Assembly (NCBI GenBank): GCA_049510745.1
Contig: JBEKYR010000015.1
Location: 32,001-96,000 of the forward strand
Source of the DNA: Verrucomicrobiota bacterium
GTDB taxonomy: Bacteria; Verrucomicrobiota; Verrucomicrobiia; Limisphaerales; Palsa-1400
Direction: 5' to 3'
Length of the DNA: 64,000 bases
The notes beneath the pieces were generated by a model, which was not told the DNA's origin, ran no database searches, and saw nothing but the letters and a program-made list of their open reading frames with translations. Of the stretch, positions 28,684 to 37,803 are shown one piece after another. Position 1 is the first letter of the stretch; each line of letters begins with the position of its first letter. The position numbers and the translations under genes were made by a program.

Positions 28684-29474
28684 ACCCTGCCGTTTCCCAT
28701 CCCAGAGGCCCCCTTTTCCGGCCGGTCCCGCCTCCGTGGGGGGTCGCGCTTTTCTTTCTCCTGGCCGCCGTCGCGCCGGCCCACGCCCAGGCCAATTCCG
28801 GCGCGCTGAGCTTGAATATCGGCATCAACGGCTTGAACCAGCCGGTCGATGTCGATGGCGCCATGAAGGTGCTGGCCATCATGACCCTGCTCACGCTGGC
28901 CCCTTCCATCATTCTGCTCATGACCTGCTTCACCCGCATTGTCATTGTCCTCTCTTTTGTGCGCTCGGCCCTGTCCCTGCAAGCGGCGCCCTCCAACCAG
29001 ATTTTGATCGGCCTCTCCCTCTTCTTGACCTTCTTCATCATGGAGCCGGTCTGGGAACGGATCGACCACGAGGCGCTGGAGCCGTACCGCGCCAAACAGA
29101 TCAGCAGCCAGGAGGCGCTGGAGCGCGCCGCCGGCCCGGTGCGCACGTTCATGCTCAAACAGGCGCGGCCCAAGGACGTGGAGCTGTTCGCCGTGCTGGC
29201 CCGCCTGGGGCCGACGCCGGTGGACAAGCTGCCGCTGAAGGTGGTGGTGCCGGGGTTCATCATCAGCGAACTGCGCACGGCCTTCCAGATGGGGTTCCTG
29301 CTCTTTCTGCCCTTTATTCTTATTGACTTGATCGTCGCCACCGTCCTCATGAGCATGGGCATGATGATGATGCCGCCCATGACCATTTCCCTGCCGTTGA
29401 AGATCCTGCTCTTTGTCCTGGTCGATGGCTGGCATCTGGTCGTCAGTTCCATCATCCAAAGTTTCGCCACCTGA
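28680..29474 (+). CDS. fliP: Export gate FliP
   Basis: MTCFTRIVIVLS, SELRTAFQMGF, MGMMMMPP, LFVLVDGW. Confidence 0.97.
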   Translation: MNPAVSHPRGPLFRPVPPPWGVALFFLLAAVAPAHAQANSGALSLNIGINGLNQPVDVDGAMKVLAIMTLLTLAPSIILLMTCFTRIVIVLSFVRSALSLQAAPSNQILIGLSLFLTFFIMEPVWERIDHEALEPYRAKQISSQEALERAAGPVRTFMLKQARPKDVELFAVLARLGPTPVDKLPLKVVVPGFIISELRTAFQMGFLLFLPFILIDLIVATVLMSMGMMMMPPMTISLPLKILLFVLVDGWHLVVSSIIQSFAT

Positions 29475-29478
29475 TTTT

Positions 29479-29748
29479 ATGAACGCCGCTTTTGCCACCG
29501 ACTTGCTCAAGACGATGATGATGGAGGCCGTCACCCTGGCCGCTCCCATTCTGCTCACGGCCATGGTCATCGGCCTGGCCGTGAGCCTGTTTCAATCGGT
29601 CACCTCCATCCAGGAACAAACCTTGACCTTTGTCCCCAAGGCCCTGGCCATCGTCGCCCTGCTCATCGTCCTGATGCCCTGGATGCTGCGCTCGCTGGTG
29701 GAGTATTCGGCGGCCATGATCGGAAAAATCCCGCAGATGGTGCAATGA
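29479..29748 (+). CDS. fliQ: Export gate FliQ
   Basis: GLAVSLFQSVTSIQEQTLTFVPK. Confidence 0.96.
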   Translation: MNAAFATDLLKTMMMEAVTLAAPILLTAMVIGLAVSLFQSVTSIQEQTLTFVPKALAIVALLIVLMPWMLRSLVEYSAAMIGKIPQMVQ

Positions 29749-29757
29749 ACCGCCGCC

Positions 29758-30513
29758 ATGATCGACCTGACCAACTGGTTGATGGTTTTTTTGCGGGCCA
29801 GTTCCATGCTGGCGGTCTTCCCCGTTTTTTCCGCCCGCAATTTTCCCGTCCAACTGCGCCTGGCTCTCGGCGCCCTCCTGGCCGTGATGGTCGGCGCCAC
29901 CCTGCCCCCTAACGCCGTCCAACCCGCCGATTTCTGGGGGTTGATCGGCCTGATGGCCGTCGAAGTCGGCATCGGTCTGATTATCGGTTTTGCCAGCCGC
30001 ATGATTTTTTTCGCGCTCGAAATCGCCGGCAGCCTGATCAGCGCCGAAATGGGCCTCTCCATTCCGCCCGGCATCAATCCGCTGGCGGATACTCCAATGC
30101 CCGCGCCCTCCACCATCCTTTACTACCTGGCGGCGATGCTCTGGTTGAGCCTGGATATGCACCACTGGATGCTTCTCGGATTCGAGAAGACCTACGCTTA
30201 CCTGCCCATTGGCTCGGCCCATCTTTCCCAGGCCTTCGTGCTGGACATCGTCGGGCGGACCAGCGGCCTTTTCGTCATCGCGCTGCAATTGGCCGCGCCG
30301 CTGCTGGCCGTTTCCTTCATCATCTCGCTGATCTTCGCCGTGCTGGGCCGGGCCGTGCCGCAGATGAACGTCTTTGCCGAAAGCTTTGCCGTGCGTCCGT
30401 TGGTGGGCCTGAGTGTTTTTGGCCTCACCATGGAGTTGATGTCCCAGCATATCGCCAACTATGTCCGCCGTTTGCCCGAAGACATGCTGCGGGTGTCCCA
30501 ATTGCTCCATTAA
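29758..30513 (+). CDS. fliR: Export gate FliR
   Basis: Polytopic membrane protein; AGSLISAEMGL, GRAVPQMNVF. Confidence 0.94.
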   Translation: MIDLTNWLMVFLRASSMLAVFPVFSARNFPVQLRLALGALLAVMVGATLPPNAVQPADFWGLIGLMAVEVGIGLIIGFASRMIFFALEIAGSLISAEMGLSIPPGINPLADTPMPAPSTILYYLAAMLWLSLDMHHWMLLGFEKTYAYLPIGSAHLSQAFVLDIVGRTSGLFVIALQLAAPLLAVSFIISLIFAVLGRAVPQMNVFAESFAVRPLVGLSVFGLTMELMSQHIANYVRRLPEDMLRVSQLLH

Positions 30514-30525
30514 CCCGTCACTCCT

Positions 30526-31608
30526 ATGAGCGAACAAACGGGCGAGAAGACAGAGAAACCGACACAAAAGCGGCTCGATGAAGCGATCAAGAAAGGGCAG
30601 ATCGCCCGCAGCCCCGAAGTCCAGACCGTCTTCGTCCTGGGCGGCGCCCTGCTGGCCCTGGCCTTCACCGGCGGCGAAATGTGGCGCGTCATGGCCGACT
30701 GCCTCACCACGACGTTGAGCCACCTGCACGATACCGCCCTCTCCATGAACGCCATGCAAGGTTACGCCGTCACGGGCGCGTTGACGCTCGGAAAGTGCGT
30801 CTGGCCGGTGCTGGCGGCGACCCTCACCGGCGGCCTCCTGGCGGGCGGCATCCAGACACGCTTCCGCACCTCATCCGAAGCCTTGGACGTCAACTGGGAG
30901 CGGCTCAGCCCCGTCGAAGGGTTCAAGCGCATCTTTTCGATGCGCTCGACCGTTGCCACCGGCCTGGGCATCGTCAAGCTCTCCGTCGTCATTACTCTCT
31001 GCTACGGTGTCATTCGGAGCATTTTAGCCGACCCGATCTTTCACTCGTCGGTCAATGTGGCAAGGATTGCCGCGTTTATGGCAGAATCTTCCTTTCGGCT
31101 CATCCTGCAAGTCGGTGCGGCGCTGATCGTTCTGGCGACGGCTGATTACGGCTACAAACTCTGGCAAACAAGCCAGGACCTCATGATGACCAAAGAGGAG
31201 CTCAAGGAGGAAACCAAAAACACCGAAGGCAACCCCACCATCAAAGCCCAGCAACGCCGCCGCCGCCTGTCCATCAGCAAACGCAAGATGCTTGCGGAAG
31301 TCCCTAAGGCTGATGTGGTTGTGACAAATCCGACCCACATTGCCGTCGCGCTTCGATACGACCGGAAGACCATGAGAGCGCCCCGGATTGTGGCCAAAGG
31401 CATCCGTCTCAACGCCTGCCAAATCCGCGAAATCGCCCAGCAACACCAGGTTCCCATCATTGAAAACAAGCCCCTGGCCCAGCTTATGTTCAAATATGGC
31501 CGGGTGGGTGGCGAGATTCCTGCTCAGTTATATGCAGCCGTGGCTGAAATACTGGCCTGGGTCTATCGCGTCAATGCCTATCGGTACTATCGCGAACAGT
31601 GTTCGTAA
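30526..31608 (+). CDS. flhB: Export switch FlhB
   Basis: EKTEKPTQKRL; intact NPTH autocleavage motif. Confidence 0.96.
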   Translation: MSEQTGEKTEKPTQKRLDEAIKKGQIARSPEVQTVFVLGGALLALAFTGGEMWRVMADCLTTTLSHLHDTALSMNAMQGYAVTGALTLGKCVWPVLAATLTGGLLAGGIQTRFRTSSEALDVNWERLSPVEGFKRIFSMRSTVATGLGIVKLSVVITLCYGVIRSILADPIFHSSVNVARIAAFMAESSFRLILQVGAALIVLATADYGYKLWQTSQDLMMTKEELKEETKNTEGNPTIKAQQRRRRLSISKRKMLAEVPKADVVVTNPTHIAVALRYDRKTMRAPRIVAKGIRLNACQIREIAQQHQVPIIENKPLAQLMFKYGRVGGEIPAQLYAAVAEILAWVYRVNAYRYYREQCS

Positions 31609-31623
31609 CTTTCATCACGCAAC

Positions 31624-33723
31624 ATGGCACAGAGTCCGTCAAAAACGTCCAATGTTGGCCGCCTGTTTAAGAACGGCGACATCTTCCTGATCATCGGCTT
31701 GTTCATCACCGTCCTCGTGATGATCCTGCCCATTCACCCGCTGCTGCTGGACGGCTTCCTGGCCACCAGCATCGCCTTGTCCCTCCTTATCCTGCTTTCC
31801 ATCCTTTACGTCCGGGAACCGGCCGACTTCACCGGATTCCCCACGCTGCTGTTGTTTGTCACTCTTTTCCGCCTCTCGCTCAACATCGCTTCCACCCGCC
31901 TGATTCTGCTGGACGGTTACGCCGGGCATATCATCGAGACCTTCGGCAACTTTGTCGTCCGCGGCAATTACGTGGTCGGGTTGGTTATCTTTTTGATCCT
32001 CGTCCTCATCAATTTCATCGTCATCACCAAGGGCGCCGGACGCATCGCCGAAGTCGCCGCCCGCTTCACTTTGGACGCCATGCCGGGCAAACAAATGGCC
32101 ATCGACGCCGAACTGAACGCCGGCATGATTAACGAGGCCGAGGCCCGCCACCGGCGCCGCAAAGTCGAGCAGGAGGCCGACTTCTACGGCGCAATGGACG
32201 GCGCCAGTAAATTCGTCCGCGGCGACGCCATCGCCGCCATTCTCATTACCTTGATCAATGTCCTGGGCGGCTTTGCCATCGGCATCGCGCAAAAAGGAAT
32301 GACGGTCAACGAGGCCTTGCAGCGGTTCACTCTCCTGTCCATTGGCGACGGCTTGGTCTCGCAGATTCCCGCCCTCATCACATCGACCGCCGCCGGCATT
32401 CTGGTCACCCGCGCCGCGGCCAAGGAGGAATTGGGCAACGAGCTGACCAAGCAACTGCTCTCGGTCCCGAAAGTCATGACGATCCTCACCGCCATGCTCG
32501 TGGTCTTCGCCATCGTTCCGGGATTGCCGATGTTCCCCTTCATGTTCCTCGCCTCCTGCACCGGGTTGCTGGCTTACAATTTGAAGGGACAGCAGCCCCT
32601 CCTCCAGGCCGCCACCGCTTCCGGGTCCGAATCTCCGGGCGCTCCCGCCGGCAAAGGTGCGGCCGCCTCGGCCCATCCGGACAAATTGGAATCGCTCCTG
32701 AACCTGGACGCCCTCCAAATCGAACTGGGCTACGGCCTCATCAGCCTGGCCGACACCCGCAAAGGCGGCGATTTGCTCGAACGCGTCACCGGCGTGCGCA
32801 AAACCTTCGCCCAGGAAATGGGCATGATCATCCCGCCCATCCGTTTGCGCGACAATTTGCAGTTGGAAGCCAACCAGTACCGTTTTCTCTTGAAAGGCAA
32901 CCCCATCGTCCAGGGGGAATTGGTGCCCGGCCATTGGCTGGCGATGAACGCCTCCAACAGCAAGGTCGTCCTCAAGGGCCTGCCCACCGTCGAACCGGTT
33001 TTCAAGCTCCCGGCCACCTGGATCGCCGAGGCCGAACGGAAAAACGCCGAGGTCAGCGGTTACACCGTGGTCGATGCCCCGTCGGTCCTGGTCACCCATT
33101 TGTCGGAAACCGTCAAACGCAATTGCCACGAAATCCTCAGCCGCCAGGATGTGCAGAATCTCTTGGATAACCTCAAGCAGACCAATCCGACCGTCGTCAC
33201 CGAATTGATCCCGGCGCAGTTGAACGTGGGCCAGGTGCAGCGCATCCTCCAGAATCTTTTGGCCGAAGGCATCTCCATCCGCAACCTCGCCGGCATCCTC
33301 GAAAAAGTCAGCGATTACACCAGCATCACCAAGAATCCCGACGAACTTTCCGAGCACGCCCGCCGCGCCTTGGGGGCGCAGATCATCAAACCGTACCAAA
33401 CCGAAAAAGGGGCCGTGCAGGCCATCACCCTCGACCCGCGCCTGGAGCAGCAGATGGCCCAGGGCCTGCGCCAGACCCCCACCGAAATCACCCTGATGAT
33501 GGAGCCAAAGCTGGCCCGCCACGTTGTGGAAACCTTGTCCCCGCGCGTCCAGCAACTCCTCAGCGCCGGCCAGCCGCCGGTGGTCTTATGTTCCCCGCCC
33601 ATCCGCCTGGCTTTCCGCCGCTTCTTCGAAACCACCTTCTCGGAATTGACCGTGCTCTCCTACGCGGAAGTCCCTTCCCGCGTCGAAATCCAGAGCGCCG
33701 CCATCATCCCTTGCCCGGAGTGA
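31624..33723 (+). CDS. flhA: Export gate FlhA
   Basis: RIAEVAARFTLDAMPGKQMAIDAELNAG, FYGAMDGASKFVRGD. Confidence 0.97.
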   Translation: MAQSPSKTSNVGRLFKNGDIFLIIGLFITVLVMILPIHPLLLDGFLATSIALSLLILLSILYVREPADFTGFPTLLLFVTLFRLSLNIASTRLILLDGYAGHIIETFGNFVVRGNYVVGLVIFLILVLINFIVITKGAGRIAEVAARFTLDAMPGKQMAIDAELNAGMINEAEARHRRRKVEQEADFYGAMDGASKFVRGDAIAAILITLINVLGGFAIGIAQKGMTVNEALQRFTLLSIGDGLVSQIPALITSTAAGILVTRAAAKEELGNELTKQLLSVPKVMTILTAMLVVFAIVPGLPMFPFMFLASCTGLLAYNLKGQQPLLQAATASGSESPGAPAGKGAAASAHPDKLESLLNLDALQIELGYGLISLADTRKGGDLLERVTGVRKTFAQEMGMIIPPIRLRDNLQLEANQYRFLLKGNPIVQGELVPGHWLAMNASNSKVVLKGLPTVEPVFKLPATWIAEAERKNAEVSGYTVVDAPSVLVTHLSETVKRNCHEILSRQDVQNLLDNLKQTNPTVVTELIPAQLNVGQVQRILQNLLAEGISIRNLAGILEKVSDYTSITKNPDELSEHARRALGAQIIKPYQTEKGAVQAITLDPRLEQQMAQGLRQTPTEITLMMEPKLARHVVETLSPRVQQLLSAGQPPVVLCSPPIRLAFRRFFETTFSELTVLSYAEVPSRVEIQSAAIIPCPE

Positions 33724-33724
33724 C

Positions 33725-34762
33725 ATGAACGGCCCCGCCACCGATCCCATTCCCTTCGTCGCCGCCTCGGCCGAGGAAGCCGTCGCCCAAATCCGCGCCC
33801 GGCTCGGATCGGATGCCGTGGTCTTGCGGGTCCGTCCGCTCAAAGCCCCCGGCCTGGCCCGCCTGTGGCAGAAGCCGATGATTGAAGTGGTGGCCTGCCG
33901 CCCGGAACCGCCGCCGCCACCCGAGACCGCGCCCTCCGTCTCCGAAGCCCTGGCCGGATTCCGCCAGGAACTGGACGAAATCAAACAGCAAGTCGAACTC
34001 AACGACAGCGGCTGGCGCGTGGCGCCGTTGCTGCAAAAGACCGGGCTGCTCCCGCTTTACGCAAAACAGATTGTTGACGCTTTGAAGTCGGCCCACGGCG
34101 AGAACCCGCCGCAGGCCCTGGCCGGCGAAATCGCCCTGGCGCGCGCGCAATTGGCCAGGTCCTGGCGCGCGCCGCGCCCGCGCGAGCCGCATTCGTTGCA
34201 CGCGCTCATCGGCCCCGCCGGTTCGGGCAAGACGACCGCCTTGTGCAAATGGCTCACCCAAGCCGCGCTGGTCGAAGGCCACCTGGCCCGCGTTTGGAGG
34301 TTGGACGGCGCCACCGCCAACACCGCCGAGTCCCTGGGCGTCTATTGCGAGGTTTTGGGCGTCCCCAACGAACGCGCCTGGACCGGCGAAGGCCGCGCCA
34401 TTTCGGAGGACATCGGCTTCATCGACCTGCCCGGGGTCGATTGGCGCGATCCGCTGGCCGTTCAGGAACTGGCCGCGCAACTGCCGCAATACGGTTCGCC
34501 GCGCCTGCATCTCGTGCTCAACGGGGCCTACGATATCTCCGTGCTGCTCGCCCAGGTCCGCGCCTTCTCCGCCCTGCCCATTGACGATTTGATCCTCACG
34601 CATCTGGACGAAGAGCCGAACTGGGGAAAAATCTGGAACCTGGCGCTGGGCGCCGGTTATGCCATCCTCTATTTCAGCAGCGGCCAAAACATCCCAGGCG
34701 ATTTTGCCGAAGCCACCGCCGAAAAAATCCTCGCCCGCCAATTCCCGCGCTCGCTGCCATAG
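33725..34762 (+). CDS. flhF: FlhF-like SRP GTPase with degenerate motifs
   Basis: Follows flhA; GPAGSGKTT, DLPG, THLDE, GQNIPGD. Confidence 0.8.
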   Translation: MNGPATDPIPFVAASAEEAVAQIRARLGSDAVVLRVRPLKAPGLARLWQKPMIEVVACRPEPPPPPETAPSVSEALAGFRQELDEIKQQVELNDSGWRVAPLLQKTGLLPLYAKQIVDALKSAHGENPPQALAGEIALARAQLARSWRAPRPREPHSLHALIGPAGSGKTTALCKWLTQAALVEGHLARVWRLDGATANTAESLGVYCEVLGVPNERAWTGEGRAISEDIGFIDLPGVDWRDPLAVQELAAQLPQYGSPRLHLVLNGAYDISVLLAQVRAFSALPIDDLILTHLDEEPNWGKIWNLALGAGYAILYFSSGQNIPGDFAEATAEKILARQFPRSLP

Positions 34763-34768
34763 CCCGGG

Positions 34769-36211
34769 CTAGAACTTCAGCACCTTGACCGCTTCGGTGG
34801 CGGCGTCCCAGACCGCGTCCGGGAAAATCCCCAGGTAGAGCATGCCGGCGATGCATGCGCCCAGGGAGAATTTCATCGGAACCGAGACCGCGATGGGCGA
34901 AAGGTCGTCCGGGTCCTTGGACCAATAGATGGCGCGAATGACGCCGAAATAATAGTAAAGGGAAATGACCACGCCCACAATGCCGACCGCCGCCAGCCAC
35001 AAATAGGCGGAGTTCAGGCCGGCCTGCTGAATGACGGCCTTGAAAAGAAGGAATTTGCCCAAAAATCCCGCCAACGGCGGCACGCCGGCCAGCGAAATCA
35101 TCCCCAGCGTCAGCGCCACGGCCAGCAGCGGCGAACGCCGGTTCAATCCCGCCAGCACGCCAATGTCGTCGCTCTCCCGCGCCACGATGCAGATGACGGA
35201 GAAGGTCGCCGCCAGGGTGAATAAATAGCCCGCGAGGTAATAGAGGACTGCGGCCGCGCCGGCGGCGTTGAGCGCGGCCACGCCGAGCAAAAGGTAGCCG
35301 GCGTTGGCGATGCTGGAATAGCCGAGCAGGCGCTTGAGGCTGCGCTGCGGGATGGCGCAGAGGTTGCCGTAAAGAATGGTGGCCGCCGCCGCGAGCATGA
35401 GCATTTTGTCCAGGTGAACCGCCAGCGCCGGGGCCGCCGCAAACAGCACGCGCAGCACCAGGACAAATCCCGCCGCTTTCGAGCCGATGGCCAGGAACGC
35501 TGTCACCGGCGTCGGCGCCCCCTGATAGACATCCGGCGCCCACATCTGCAAGGGGAAGGAGGCGATCTTGAAGGCCAGCCCCAGCAGCACCAGCAGGACG
35601 CCCAGCCAATAGACTTTGTCCTGCGTGAGCCTGGCCCCCTCGGCGCTGAGGGCGGCAAAATTGGTGCTGTTGCCGGCGCCAAAAATCAGGGCAATGCCAA
35701 AAACCAGGAAGGCCGCCGCCAGCGCGCTCAAGATCAAATACTTGACTCCCGCTTCGAGCGAGTTCAGGCGCGACCGTTGAAAGCTGATCAGGACGTAAAA
35801 GCTGACCGACATCATTTCCATGGCCACGAACAACAGCACGTAGTCGCTGGCCGAGGCCGCGAACATCATCCCCGCCAGCGCGATCAAGAGGATGGCGTAG
35901 AACTCGCCGATGCCCGCCGCGATGCGGTCGCGGAATTCCATCGCCATCAACACGACCAACACTCCCGCGCCCAGAAACAGGCGCTTGAAGAACAACGCCA
36001 GGCCGTCCTGCACGAACATGCCGTTGAAACCGATGTCGGACGGCTCGCCGCCTGAAATGTTGAAGCTCAGGGCCAGAATGATCATCAGGCCGATGGCCGC
36101 GACGGGGCCGAGCCGGTCCTTGAATTTGGGCGGCGTCCACAGGTCGATGAGCAGCAGCGCCAGCGCCAGTCCGATGACCGCCAATTCCAATATCACGAGG
36201 GAGAGGTTCAT
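34769..36211 (-). CDS. nuoN: NADH-quinone oxidoreductase subunit N
   Basis: EAGVKY, FKIASFP..W.PDVYQGAPTP, KRLLGYSSI. Start set at MNLSL. Confidence 0.95.
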   Translation of the reverse strand: MNLSLVILELAVIGLALALLLIDLWTPPKFKDRLGPVAAIGLMIILALSFNISGGEPSDIGFNGMFVQDGLALFFKRLFLGAGVLVVLMAMEFRDRIAAGIGEFYAILLIALAGMMFAASASDYVLLFVAMEMMSVSFYVLISFQRSRLNSLEAGVKYLILSALAAAFLVFGIALIFGAGNSTNFAALSAEGARLTQDKVYWLGVLLVLLGLAFKIASFPLQMWAPDVYQGAPTPVTAFLAIGSKAAGFVLVLRVLFAAAPALAVHLDKMLMLAAAATILYGNLCAIPQRSLKRLLGYSSIANAGYLLLGVAALNAAGAAAVLYYLAGYLFTLAATFSVICIVARESDDIGVLAGLNRRSPLLAVALTLGMISLAGVPPLAGFLGKFLLFKAVIQQAGLNSAYLWLAAVGIVGVVISLYYYFGVIRAIYWSKDPDDLSPIAVSVPMKFSLGACIAGMLYLGIFPDAVWDAATEAVKVLKF

Positions 36212-37800
36212 CGGCGGCGAATGATTAGGGTGGGAGCGGTGTCCGTCGGTTCGGCTCCGACCGCGCGAACGACCGTGGCCACGCTGGTTTTGATGTTGTC
36301 GGTCAACAGCCGGGGGAAGCAGCCAAAAACAATCAACCCGGCCAGGAGCAGGCCGTAGGGGAACTTGCGCCAGAGACTGGGGGCGTCGGGCGCGTCGGGC
36401 CAGGACTTGTCGCCGTGCCAGATATCGCGGATGGCGCGCAGCATGTAAACGCCGGCGATGACCAGCGCGCCCCACACCGCCAGGCCCGTGACCAGGGCGG
36501 AGCGGTCCCAATTGCCGAAGAGCACCAGAGCCTCGCCGGGAAAGTTGGCGAAACCCGGCAGGCCGCAACCCGCCAGCATCGCCATGATCATCACCGTGCC
36601 GATAAACGGCAGCCGGCGGAGCAATCCGCCCATCTGGTCCATGTCGAGGGTTTTGACTTCGTCGCGCAAATAGCCGCTCAAGGCGAAAGTCAGCGCCGCC
36701 AGAAAACCATGCGCGACCATCACCACCACCGTGCCCGTGATGCCGATCAAGCTCAGGCTGGCAATGCCCAGAAAGGCGAAGCCCATGTGCGCGACGCTGG
36801 AATTGCCGATGAGCAGGTTCAGATCCCGCTGCCGCATCGCCACCAGGCCGCAAGAGAGGATGTTGCCCAGGCACAGGGCCGACAACACATAGACCCATTT
36901 TTGCGCTTCGTCGGGCATGAGCGGCAAGGCGATGCGGATGAGGCCGTAAAGCCCGAATTTTTTGAGCACCCCGGCGTGGATCATGGCCGTGCCGGTCGGC
37001 GCCGAGCCGTAGCCCAGCGGGGCCCAGGTGTGGAAGGGCCAGAGCGCAACCAGGATGCCGAAGCCAAACAAAAGCGTCGGGAAAATCCAATGCCCCGGCC
37101 CCGGCGGCATCGGATGCGCCTTGAAATACTTCGTCAATTCGACGAGGTCAAAAGTCCGGTGCGCAGCGGGCACTTGCAGATAGATTCCCAGCAAACCCAC
37201 CAGGACGAGCAACGCGCCGAGGCTGAGGTAAAGGGTGATTTGAAAGGTGGCGTAATTCTTGTCCTCGCCCCTGCCCCATAAGCCGATCATGAGGAAGGTC
37301 GGCACCAGCGCCAATTCGTGCAGGAAGTAAAACATAAACAGGTCCAGCGAGGCGAACGCGCCCAGGATTCCCCCGCCCATCAGCAGCAGGAGGATGTAAT
37401 ACTCCTTTTCGCGGGTGTTGATCCGCCAGGAAACGCAGGTGGCGGCGAAGAGCACCACCGCGCCCATCAAGATCAGGCCCAGGTTGATGCCGTCCACGCC
37501 CACGTGGTAACTGATGCCCAGACTCGGCGCCCAGGCGTGTTGTTCGACAAATTGATAACCCCGCGCGGCGAGGCGGATGGTGACGGCCGAGCCGCCGGTG
37601 CCGTGTTGTTCGACAAATTGATAGCTCCGCGCGGCTTGGCCCGGATCGAAGGTGCGGAACATGTTGATCGCGGTCAGCATCGAGATAAACGTCGCCAGCA
37701 GCGCCAGGCCGCGAATGACCACGCGGAAGTTGCGCGGGATCAGCGCGATCAACAGCGCGCCCAGCAACGGCAGACCAAATATGACAGTCAGTGGCGACAT
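36208..37800 (-). CDS. nuoM: NADH-quinone oxidoreductase subunit M
   Basis: YHVGVDGI, WPFHTWAP, SSVAHMG, GLPGFANFPGE. Confidence 0.95.
   Translation of the reverse strand: MSPLTVIFGLPLLGALLIALIPRNFRVVIRGLALLATFISMLTAINMFRTFDPGQAARSYQFVEQHGTGGSAVTIRLAARGYQFVEQHAWAPSLGISYHVGVDGINLGLILMGAVVLFAATCVSWRINTREKEYYILLLLMGGGILGAFASLDLFMFYFLHELALVPTFLMIGLWGRGEDKNYATFQITLYLSLGALLVLVGLLGIYLQVPAAHRTFDLVELTKYFKAHPMPPGPGHWIFPTLLFGFGILVALWPFHTWAPLGYGSAPTGTAMIHAGVLKKFGLYGLIRIALPLMPDEAQKWVYVLSALCLGNILSCGLVAMRQRDLNLLIGNSSVAHMGFAFLGIASLSLIGITGTVVVMVAHGFLAALTFALSGYLRDEVKTLDMDQMGGLLRRLPFIGTVMIMAMLAGCGLPGFANFPGEALVLFGNWDRSALVTGLAVWGALVIAGVYMLRAIRDIWHGDKSWPDAPDAPSLWRKFPYGLLLAGLIVFGCFPRLLTDNIKTSVATVVRAVGAEPTDTAPTLIIRRR
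37536..37635. repeat. 34-bp direct repeat (period 66 bp) inside nuoM
   Basis: CGTGTTGTTCGACAAATTGATA(AC/GC)...CCGCGCGGC at 37536-37569 and 37602-37635, with 2 mismatches. Confidence 0.9.
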
Positions 37801-37803
37801 TTC

